Positions 45,701 through 53,635 of a stretch of 64,000 nt of DNA are shown here, in pieces; the first letter of the stretch is position 1, and the number at the start of each line of letters is the position of its first letter. The notes below the pieces were generated by a model, which searched no databases, was not told the DNA's origin, and saw only the letters and a program-made list of their open reading frames with translations. A program made the position numbers and the translations under genes. Location: NCBI GenBank assembly GCA_031423355.1, contig JANPFJ010000012.1, positions 7,640 through 71,639 of the forward strand, read 5' to 3'. The stretch comes from Gemmatimonadaceae bacterium (GTDB taxonomy: Bacteria > Gemmatimonadota > Gemmatimonadetes > Gemmatimonadales > Gemmatimonadaceae).

Positions 45701-46810
45701 ATGGAAATGAAGAAAACAACGGTCCTGAAAATCACGGGCGCCGGCGCTGCCCTGTTCCTGACCGCCGCGCTGCTGGTGACGCTGCATGTCCTGCCCTCGC
45801 CGATGGATCTGGCGAGGCACGGGTCACCGCAAAAAGACCTCGTCATCGACCATGCCATGCGCGACCAGGTGCTCGAGAGCCTGATCGCGAACCTCAATGC
45901 CACTTACGTCTTTCCCGACAAGGCCAAGGCGATGGAAACCGCGCTGCGCAGCAGGCAGCAGCGCGGCGAATACGAGAAAATCGCGAGTGCGGAGGAATTC
46001 GCGGCAACCTTGACCGACGATCTGCGCCGCGTCAGCGATGATCGCCATCTCGATGTCGGGTACAGCGAGAAACCGATCCCGATGCCGCAGGTCGGCGTAG
46101 ACCCTGATGCCATGTCCATCGAGCAAGTCGAGGAAATGATTCACCACAACTACGGCATCGAAGCCGTACAGCGCTTGCCGTTCAATATAGGCTATCTCGA
46201 CCTGCGCGAGTTCGCTCCCGCCGATCACGTCGCCGGCCGGCTTGGCGCCGCGATGACCCTGTTGTCGCAGACCGACGACCTGATCATCGATTTGCGTTCC
46301 AACAACGGCGGCGATCCGAAGACCGTGGAATTGCTCGCCAGCTATCTGTTCGACGCACGAACTCGTTTGAACGACATCTACCTGCGCCCGGACAACCGGA
46401 CGGAGCAGAGTTGGACACATGATCGGCTGTCAGGTCCAAGATACGGCGGCAAGCGGAAGATCTATCTGCTGACCAGCCGGGATACGTTTTCCGCGGGCGA
46501 GGATTTCGCGTACGCGCTGAAGAATCTCAAGCGCGCCACGCTGATCGGCGAGGGTACAGGCGGAGGTGCGCATCCCGGCTCGGCTGTCAGGTTGAACGAA
46601 CACTTCGGTGCCATCGTGCCCAGCGGCCGCTCGATCAGCCCGATCACGCACACCGACTGGGAAGGCGTCGGCGTCGTGCCCGATATCGCCATGGACGCCG
46701 ACGATGCGCTGGACCACGCCCAGGTGATGATCATCAAGGACCGCCTGCGTACCGAGAGGGATGCTTTCAAGCGCGATCGTCTGCTGGCTGGCCTCGCCAG
46801 GTTCGACTGA
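45701..46810 (+). CDS. S41-family peptidase (IRBP/tail-specific-protease-like), secreted
   Basis: N-terminal hydrophobic segment, then LIIDLRSNNGGDP and KIYLLTSRDTFSAGEDFAYALKNLKRATLIGEGTGGGAHPG. It is paralogous to the C-terminal half of 53636..56470. Confidence 0.85.
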   Translation: MEMKKTTVLKITGAGAALFLTAALLVTLHVLPSPMDLARHGSPQKDLVIDHAMRDQVLESLIANLNATYVFPDKAKAMETALRSRQQRGEYEKIASAEEFAATLTDDLRRVSDDRHLDVGYSEKPIPMPQVGVDPDAMSIEQVEEMIHHNYGIEAVQRLPFNIGYLDLREFAPADHVAGRLGAAMTLLSQTDDLIIDLRSNNGGDPKTVELLASYLFDARTRLNDIYLRPDNRTEQSWTHDRLSGPRYGGKRKIYLLTSRDTFSAGEDFAYALKNLKRATLIGEGTGGGAHPGSAVRLNEHFGAIVPSGRSISPITHTDWEGVGVVPDIAMDADDALDHAQVMIIKDRLRTERDAFKRDRLLAGLARFD

Positions 46811-47249
46811 GAAGACGCTGCGGCGGCGATATGCGCACCCCAGTATGTGGCGGTGGGGCGAGTTGCGCGGCGATCGCCTCATCACCATTCTGTCGTCGTG
46901 TGTCTCCGACGAGTATCTCACCACGCTTCGCGACACTGGTGTCTCGTACATCCTGGCCGCCACTGATGACGTCGATCTCGCCGCCGTCATGCAGCAACTT
47001 GACTCGCGCTTCGGTGTGCGGACGCTGATGCTCGAGGGTGGTGCCGGGCTCAATGGCGCTATGCTGCAGGCGGGGCTCGTGGATGAGATCAGCGTGTTGG
47101 TCGCGCCCGTCGTTGACGGACGGAGCGGCATCGCGACGCTCTTCGATCAGCCTCCACTTGTCGGCGCCGCGCACCGAGTGCGTTTGCAGCGCGTGGATCG
47201 TGTTACAGACGATGTGCTCCACCTGCGGGATGAGGTGCTGCGGGGCTGA
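46761..47249 (+). pseudogene. RibD_C / dihydrofolate-reductase-like family protein, N-terminally truncated
   Basis: Only the C-terminal ~130 aa are recognisable (YILAATDDVDLAAVMQQLDSRFGVRTLMLEGGAGLNGAMLQAGLVDEISVLVAPVVDG). The region before about 46830 overlaps the peptidase gene. Confidence 0.55.
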
Positions 47250-47446
47250 GTTCGCCGCATTCGTAACCTTTGCAGCAGGCATGGCCGCCGCGGTGTGGCA
47301 GACCACGCGGTCGGATGTGGCCGAAGAAATCGCGCTCGCGAACGCACTGCGCACGCCACAGCGGCGCTTGAGTCGATCCGGCTAAGCCAGGTGTTTCGGC
47401 AAGCCGGTACGGCACGGTCATGGCGCGTCGTGACGTTCAAGGTCGC

Positions 47447-47712
47447 TCAGCACCAACGCGGCATTGCGCTTGAGCCCCGCCAGCTTCGCCCGCTTCATCG
47501 GTGACGTCCGGAACGCCGTGCTGAACGCCCCCTGATCGAGCGCCAGAATGTCCGTCGCCAGCGTCACCGCATCCTTCCCCGCAATGAACTCCCGCGCCCG
47601 GAACGGCGAGTCCTCCGCCAGTTCCTGCGAAAACTTCACGTTCCACGGACAGCAGGTCTGGGAGATGTCTCGGTATAACCGCTTTGCGATCCCGCTCACG
47701 ACGGGGCGGGGC
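47447..47712 (-). repeat. QueG-like dispersed repeat, long copy 6 (uninterrupted reading frame, ORF 47418..47741)
   Basis: RPVVSGIAKRLYRDISQTCCPWNVKFSQELAEDSPFRAREFIAGKDAVTLATDILALDQGAFSTAFRTSPMKRAKLAGLKRNAALVLSD. It lacks the N-terminal two thirds of a real QueG. Confidence 0.85.
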
Positions 47713-47820
47713 ACCCTCAGCGCAGGAGGGCGTCCCGGCACTCGTCGCGACGCCCTGACGGTGTGACCTTAGTCACAGATACTGAATGGTCGGCTGCGTG
47801 TCTCCATCTCCGGGATCCCG

Positions 47821-48053
47821 ATGGCGATTCTCGTCAGCAAGACCCGAGCACAGGGCGCCTCAGTCGTCAGAACGCTCCCCGCCGAGGTCGCGCGCCGCCT
47901 GTCGGTGACGCCTGGGCAGGAACTCGAGTGGATCGAGGACGGCATGGGCGGCTTCCGTGTGGTGCCCCCCCCCCCGAGACCGCCGAGGCGCTGGTCGTGC
48001 ACGAGAAGATCATGACCGAATACGACGCGGTGTTTCGCGCGCTCACTCGGTAG
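47821..48053 (+). pseudogene. AbrB/SpoVT-type antitoxin of a Doc module, frameshifted at an 11-C homopolymer
   Basis: MAILVSKTRAQGASVVRTLPAEVARRLSVTPGQELEWIEDGMGGFRVVP, then C x11 at 47965-47975. The expected tail ETAEALVVHEKIMTEYDAVFRALTR is in the neighbouring frame and ends at TAG 48051-48053. Confidence 0.65.
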
Positions 48054-48062
48054 GCACGATCA

Positions 48063-48335
48063 GTGAAACCGGAGCCGCGCTGGCAAACGGACACCACGCT
48101 GCTCGCAATCCATGCGCAGCAGATCGAACGGCGTGGCGGTGAGCACGGTGTTCGCGATCAGCACATGGTGCTGTCAGCGCTGGCGCGACCTAAGCAGCGC
48201 TGGCACTACGATGCGTCGGCCGATCTCGCCGACGTGGCAGCGTTGTATCTGGTTGGCCTGCCGCAGGCGCAGGGGTTCGTCGACGGGAACAAGCGCACGG
48301 GGCTGGCCCGGGCGTTGGTGTTCCTTGCGCTCTCG
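48063..48335 (+). pseudogene. doc: Doc/Fic-family death-on-curing toxin, truncated and with the catalytic His replaced
   Basis: LLAIHAQQIERRGGEHGVRDQHMVLSALARP...AALYLVGLPQAQGFVDGNKRTG. The Fic motif reads QGFVDGNKR instead of H-x-F-x-D-G-N-K-R. Homology ends at about 48335, where an opposite-strand RHH gene begins to overlap. Confidence 0.65.
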
Positions 48336-48474
48336 CCGCCGCGTCCTGCCGAATCGCCTCGGCCACGATCCCGCTGCGCGAGCGACCATGCTGCGCCGCG
48401 CGTTCGTCGGCGGCGCGCAGTGTTCCGGGCGGCAGCGGAATGCCGATGCGGGCGATGGGGGGCTTGCGGTCCAT
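48190..48474 (-). CDS. ribbon-helix-helix (CopG/Arc-like) protein; the tail beyond ~50 aa is probably non-native
   Basis: MDRKPPIARIGIPLPPGTLRAADERAAQHGRSRSGIVAEAIRQDAAARA has the RHH pattern. The rest of the ORF runs antisense through the Doc relic. Confidence 0.45.
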   Translation of the reverse strand: MDRKPPIARIGIPLPPGTLRAADERAAQHGRSRSGIVAEAIRQDAAARAQGTPTPGPAPCACSRRRTPAPAAGQPDTTLPRRRDRPTHRSASAA

Positions 48475-48517
48475 GGAGAATCACACTCGGTGACACTGAA
48501 TGTGACACCCTCCTCTC

Positions 48518-51172
48518 TCACGTCCGGCCCCTCAACCCCACGAGTCCCCCCATCTCCACCCCCACCCGCCCCGCGAGCTCGAGAATTTCCACCACCTGCC
48601 CCTTCTTCAGCGCTCCCCGGCTGTAGTGTCCCTCGCGCCCCGACAGCCCCAACGTGATCGTCTCCGCGAGGCACGCATAGATCTGTCCCGTGGGCAGCGG
48701 CATCCACCCCGTCGCCAGCGCCTGTCTCTCGGGAAGTTGCGCCAGCGAGCCGTGATACGCCGCCACATCGGGGCGCTCCGTGAATACCGCGGGGGCGATG
48801 TTGGAAGGCACCGAAATGTCGAGAATCACGGCTCCCCACTTCAGGATGTCCGAGGTGATGAGAACGTCGGTCGTGCTGGTGCCAAGCACGATCGCATCGC
48901 AATCGATCAACGCGCCCACGTCGTCGCTCACCCGCACTGCCGCCGCGTCGATCGCCGAGCCCTGGAGGATGCGCGTGCGCGCCAGCTCCATGCGCCGAGC
49001 CGCATCATCCCCCCGCCGGTGGATCAACGTCATCGCCGCGGCATGGTCGCCGATGAGCTGCGCCAGGACGTTGCAGATGTTGCCGGCTGCCCCTACCACT
49101 CCCACTCGGCACTCCTTCAACGCGCGACCGCGCTCGCGAAGCGCACGACGCAGCGTCTCGAAGGCGAAGCCGGCGGTGAGGCTGTTGCCTGTCGTGATCG
49201 ATGGCCCGTATTCGCTGACGAGCAGTCCGTTGCTGGAGACGATGCTCGTGTACTGCCCAAGCCCTGCCAAGGCGCACCCACGGCGCCCGGCGAGCGTGAC
49301 GGCGCGTCGCACTTCCTCCAGCGCGGCAAAATCGCGGCGCTTGAGCGACTGCTCGAAGAACTCCGTCGTCCGCATGATGCCGTACACCTCGAGTTGGATG
49401 CGCTCGCCCGTCGCCGATTCGATCTCCTGCTCCAGGTAGACCACCGGATCGGCGACATCGCCAAAGGTGTCCATGAAGCGGCGACGCTCGCCCGCGCTCA
49501 GCGCGGCCAGTGCGGCGTCCATGTTGCCGGCGTTGGCCTGGTCGATGACATGCGTGACGAAGGCCACTCGGCGCGCCCCGTGACGCCCGTTCGAACGCGC
49601 CCGCACGAGCGGGGCCGAGCGTACCTCGAGCGCATCGGGTGGGAGGTTGTCGTGCCAAAGGTCGCGCGTCAGCTGCAACAGCTGGCGGTTGCGGATCAGT
49701 ACGCAGAGTTCGCGCAGCGCCGCCAGCGTGCGATCGACCTCCACATCGCTCACGTATACACTTGGCTCGATGCGCAGTACCGTCGTGCGGCTCAGCGTCA
49801 CCCCCACACGAATGCCATGGCGCGTCAGCAGGTAGCTCATGAAGAGGTACGAGCCAAGCCCTGCGTCGGTCGCCGTCTTGAGAAAGAGCGGGATCTCGAC
49901 GGCGTCACCCGCGAGGTCGAAGTCGAGACCCAGGAGAAAGCCGCGTCCGCGTACGTCCGCGATGTACCGTCCCACCTCTTGCTGGATCGCCGCGATCCCC
50001 TCGCGCATGCGCGCCTCGAAGCGCCGCGCGCGCTCACTCACGGATGGCGTGAGCGACTCCACCTCATCGATCGCCGCCAGCGCCACCAGGCACGACGGCT
50101 CGTCCTCGGCGAAGGTCGAGCTGTGCATCCACCCGAACTCCGCGACGTACCGGTCAGCTGCAATGCATGTCGCCGAGAGCTTTGACAGGCCGCCACCCAG
50201 GCTCTTGCCGAGCAGGATGTAGTCCGGCTGGAGTGCGAGGTGCTCGCAGCAGAGGAAGCGGCCCGTCCGGAAGAAGCCGGACTGGATCTCGTCGGCGATG
50301 AGCGGCACGCCGAGCGCGCCACGCACGCCTTCCATCCAGCGGGCGAAGGGCTCAGGGAGCGGGAACATCCCCCCCTCGCACTGGAGCGGTTCGAAGATGA
50401 TCCCGACGATCGGCGAGATCTTCCCCAGGCCGACAGCGCCCGCATCGATCGTGAGCGACCGAACCACCTCGTCGCAGCCAGCGGTGTCGGACGCGTCAAG
50501 GAAGAGCGTGTCGACCGGGGCGCGGTCGAACATCGACCGGAAGGCGGGGTTCGAGGTCGCCGACAGGGCGCCCGCCGTCTTGCCGTGGTAGCTCCCCTGC
50601 ACCGCGAGGAGGATCGGCGCCTGGCGCTCGACCGCTTCCTTGAGCGCGCGAAGCGGTGCGACTGACGGATCCTCCGGACGCTGGTCCAGGCACTCCAGGA
50701 GCATTTTGTCGATGGTCGTGGTCCAGTGCCGTCGACGCGCGCCGTGCTCCATGAGCGCATGCTTGATCGCCGCCTCGACTGCCTCGGTCCCCGTGCTGGA
50801 GAAGTGGACGAGGTGTCCGTCGCTCGAGGGGAGCGCGCTCCGCAGAAGTCCACCCAACCGTTCAGCGAGTGTCGCGGCCGGCTCGCGCACCGACCCCTGC
50901 ACATTGGTCGGGACGCCGGCCGCGTACGCGTCGCACAGCGTCTTCACGAGGCGCGGATGGTTGTGACCGAGCAAGGTCGAGCCGTAGCCGCCGAGTAAGT
51001 CGAGCACCTCGCGGCCGTCAGCGTCGGTGAGGAGGTCACCCTCTGCCCGCGTGTAGACGCGGTCGATCGCCAGCAGTCGCAGGAGCCTGGCGATGTAGGG
51101 CTTGACGTGCCGTTCGTACCGCGCGGTCGCGTCGGCGGTCTCTGCGGCGAGGGTGGTGTCGGAGTGTGCCAT
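48518..51172 (-). CDS. fusion protein: class-III PLP aminotransferase (N-terminal ~540 aa) plus acyl-ACP reductase (AAR)-like NAD(P)H domain (C-terminal ~340 aa)
   Basis: Starts at ATG 51170-51172. Aminotransferase motifs are LLGGYGSTLLGHNHP, VQGSYHGKTAGALS, IADEIQSGFFRTGRF and the PLP-Lys context ILLGKSLGGG. The reductase-like part has VAFVTHVID, LAGLGQYTSIV, ITTGNSLTA, VGVVGAAGNICN, VILDISVP and YACLAETITL, parallel to cyanobacterial AAR (GLIGHLTS, ALGGFTSII, FTTGNTHTA, VAVVGATGDIGS, VLIDGGYP, FACFAEAMLL). Confidence 0.8.
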   Translation of the reverse strand: MAHSDTTLAAETADATARYERHVKPYIARLLRLLAIDRVYTRAEGDLLTDADGREVLDLLGGYGSTLLGHNHPRLVKTLCDAYAAGVPTNVQGSVREPAATLAERLGGLLRSALPSSDGHLVHFSSTGTEAVEAAIKHALMEHGARRRHWTTTIDKMLLECLDQRPEDPSVAPLRALKEAVERQAPILLAVQGSYHGKTAGALSATSNPAFRSMFDRAPVDTLFLDASDTAGCDEVVRSLTIDAGAVGLGKISPIVGIIFEPLQCEGGMFPLPEPFARWMEGVRGALGVPLIADEIQSGFFRTGRFLCCEHLALQPDYILLGKSLGGGLSKLSATCIAADRYVAEFGWMHSSTFAEDEPSCLVALAAIDEVESLTPSVSERARRFEARMREGIAAIQQEVGRYIADVRGRGFLLGLDFDLAGDAVEIPLFLKTATDAGLGSYLFMSYLLTRHGIRVGVTLSRTTVLRIEPSVYVSDVEVDRTLAALRELCVLIRNRQLLQLTRDLWHDNLPPDALEVRSAPLVRARSNGRHGARRVAFVTHVIDQANAGNMDAALAALSAGERRRFMDTFGDVADPVVYLEQEIESATGERIQLEVYGIMRTTEFFEQSLKRRDFAALEEVRRAVTLAGRRGCALAGLGQYTSIVSSNGLLVSEYGPSITTGNSLTAGFAFETLRRALRERGRALKECRVGVVGAAGNICNVLAQLIGDHAAAMTLIHRRGDDAARRMELARTRILQGSAIDAAAVRVSDDVGALIDCDAIVLGTSTTDVLITSDILKWGAVILDISVPSNIAPAVFTERPDVAAYHGSLAQLPERQALATGWMPLPTGQIYACLAETITLGLSGREGHYSRGALKKGQVVEILELAGRVGVEMGGLVGLRGRT

Positions 51173-51716
51173 TGGGCGCCGTAACCTTGAGAGGGGAGTC
51201 TCGCGCTCCGAACGGAGCGCGAGGACAACCTCGGCGTTCCGGCACCGGCGCCCCATCCGTCAAGTGACGTAGATGGCTGGGGTTGATGACGTATGCATGG
51301 CACGGTGTGGAAATCGCGTGCATCGCCGTCGCCTGGCGCCGACACGGGGGTCAGTGGCCAGCGCGGCCCCGCGGTGGGGCAGCCGCAACGGTACGGTACC
51401 CCCCCGCCACCGCGCGAACGCACACACTGGAGCGATCCCTACTCCCGTGAGAGAGTCAGGCGCGTGGGATTTGACCCTCGGAGCAGGGGAGTGCAGCGCC
51501 ACAAATGCGGCGGGCAAGCGATGACTGCAGGCCTCATCGCACTCATCACGGACGCACTGGCCGCGGCCACGTCGACCTGCACCGCGACCACCCAGCCGCC
51601 GCGCGTCTTTGCGGAGCGGACCTGTCAGACGCTCGACAGCTGGACGTGCGTACGCCGCGTGGTCGCCAGCACACCACTCCGGCGGCCACAACTTCACCCG
51701 TGGTGAATACTCCAGG

Positions 51717-51845
51717 CTAGCGGAACATGTCCATGTTACCCAGCAACCACCACAACACCAGAAAGATCAGCACGGTGCTGAAGCAGCCGCCTCCCAGCTT
51801 CTTGGCACCATATCCGGCGGCCAGCCCACGCAGCAGCTTGCTCAT
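51717..51845 (-). CDS. 42-aa small membrane protein (below the ORF-track cutoff)
   Basis: MSKLLRGLAAGYGAKKLGGGCFSTVLIFLVLWWLLGNMDMFR, from ATG 51843-51845 to TAG 51717-51719, with one clear TM helix. Its coding status is unverified. Confidence 0.35.
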   Translation of the reverse strand: MSKLLRGLAAGYGAKKLGGGCFSTVLIFLVLWWLLGNMDMFR

Positions 51846-51988
51846 TGCGTCACTCCTTCACACAGGTAAGGCTCGCGCGATGCGAGCTGAACGCTGGAAT
51901 GCCGCCAATCGCACCGACGGCCCGCACGTTGCATGTAATGAACGGTGTTCGCTCACGGCAGTCATCGCGTCCAGCACGGAGTCGTCCC

Positions 51989-52741
51989 ATGTCGTACGGC
52001 ATTCGCCACAGGCAGGATTCGATTCCTGTCGTGTTTCCTCTTCTGCTCGCCACCGGAGCGCTGAGCCTGCTCGCGATCGTGTGGCGGCAGCGCAGTGCAC
52101 CCCGGCACGAACGCAATCTGCTGCCGAACGCCGCCTCACGCCGACTTCGTCGTGCCAGCGAACGTCTCGACACCGGTGACGGTACGCAGCTGGCGAGCGG
52201 TGGCAGCGGCGCACTGATTCATCGCCGGTACGAGATTGCACTCCCCAATAGCGCCGTCAGCCACGACATCGTCCTGCGGTTGATGCAGCTGCATCTCACC
52301 GAGTTCGCACCCGCCACGCTCGCACGATTCGAGAAGCGCGTGGGCAGTGATCAGCTATTCCGCGTCGGGGACGAGTACGAAATCACGATGCTCGGACCTT
52401 GGAACGGTCGCGTTCGCGTCGCCGAGATGACGCAAGACAGCTTCACGCTCGTGACGCTCGAGGGACATCCGGAAGCCGGTCACATCACGTTCTCCGTGCA
52501 GGATGACACCAACTCGGCGGGACAGCTGCTGGTGCGCATCGAGTCACTGGCCCGGTCACGTCATGCGATCGTGGCGGCGGCCGACGGAGCGCTGCGCGTC
52601 GGCAAACGGGTGCAGACCGAGGTGTGGATCACGTTCCTTCAGCGGTTTGCCCTGCTCGCCGGCGTCAGCACACGCCCGGAAGTCGGCATCACAACCGAAT
52701 CACTGCCCGACGCGACCACCGTTCCGCCGCGTGACGCCTGA
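51989..52741 (+). CDS. DUF1990-domain protein with an N-terminal TM segment
   Basis: Starts at ATG 51989. IHRRYEIALP...FRVGDEYEITMLGPWNGRVRVAEMTQDSFTLVTLEGHPEAGHITFSV has the DUF1990 pattern. Confidence 0.65.
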   Translation: MSYGIRHRQDSIPVVFPLLLATGALSLLAIVWRQRSAPRHERNLLPNAASRRLRRASERLDTGDGTQLASGGSGALIHRRYEIALPNSAVSHDIVLRLMQLHLTEFAPATLARFEKRVGSDQLFRVGDEYEITMLGPWNGRVRVAEMTQDSFTLVTLEGHPEAGHITFSVQDDTNSAGQLLVRIESLARSRHAIVAAADGALRVGKRVQTEVWITFLQRFALLAGVSTRPEVGITTESLPDATTVPPRDA

Positions 52742-53122
52742 TTCTGCCGCGCTCGACGCGGCGCTGGTGAAGCGACTGGCCGAGATCGGGCTGATGGAAC
52801 CAACGATCGATCTCGCGCAGCGCGACAGCTACGTCGCTGCCGCCGGATGGCACGTGGACTCGCGAGAGGCACCCTCGCCGGCCACCCCGAGCGCGGCGAG
52901 ATCACGTTCGAGCTCGTGAAGCAGCAGGCCACCGGTGCGGTGGCGTTCCGCATCCATTCGTTCTCGCAGACGGGCCACATCGCCAACCTGCTGCATCGCA
53001 TCGGCTTCCGGCTCGTCGGACGTCGGCTGCAACGACGTTTTGCGGAAGAATCATTGGCCAACATGCAACGGGTGGTGGGCGCCGAGGTCGCCGCTCGCGG
53101 CCACGTTGCCGAGCGCGAATGA
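52731..53122 (+). pseudogene. second, short DUF1990-like gene with a frameshift near 52860
   Basis: A GTG at 52731 overlaps the upstream stop. VTPDSAALDAALVKRL...AAAGWHVDSRE then continues in another frame as LAGHPERGEITFELVKQQATGAVAFRIHSFSQ (ORF 52847..53122). Confidence 0.4.
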
Positions 53123-53344
53123 GCGAGACCCGTGGTGGGACGACCGCGCGCCACGCTCATCACCCGTGCGTCATGGGACGACGTTACGTCCGGTCACGAG
53201 ACCGACGATCATCGCAATGTCGGCGACGACGACGAAGACCACGAACAACGTCTTCGCGATAGCCCACGACGCGGTGGCGATGCCGCCGAAGCCGGTCGAT
53301 GCGTGGCGTGCTTCGTACTCGTTCACCTCGCGCTCCACCTCGTC

Positions 53345-53595
53345 GCAACCGTCGCATTCCGCTGTAACCCGCGCCGCTTCGCGCGTTTCATCGGCGAGTT
53401 CTCGAACGCCACGCTGAACGCCACCTGATCCAACGCCAGAATGTCTCGCGCCAGCGTCACTGCGTCCTTCGCCGTGATGAACTTACGGGTTGCGAATGGT
53501 GAGTCTTCACCAGCGCGTAGAAGCACTGCACAGTTCACGGACACACGCTCTGGGAGACGTGTTGGTATGACCGTACCGAGATTCCGCTGAGCACT
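53345..53595 (-). repeat. QueG-like dispersed repeat, long copy 7 (frameshifted)
   Basis: ..SQSVCP(frameshift)..GEDSPFATRKFITAKDAVTLARDILALDQVAFSVAFENSPMKRAKRRGLQRNATVA. Confidence 0.85.
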
Positions 53596-53635
53596 GGATC
53601 GCTCACGATCAACCGGTGAAAGTGCTCACTGATGG

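Noticed and set aside
47418-47741. The intact 107-aa ORF as a functional epoxyqueuosine reductase (queG).
   Set aside because: It covers only the CPWN-to-RNAAVVL segment. The cobalamin-binding and Fe-S N-terminal two thirds and the C-terminal HEAT repeats are absent. Six sibling copies are degenerate.
16209-53595. Interpreting the repeat-bounded blocks as a classical integron cassette array.
   Set aside because: There is no intI gene, attI or Pc in the window. The boundary repeat is about 265 bp and coding-derived rather than an attC-type imperfect palindrome. Cargo genes are in both orientations and often truncated.
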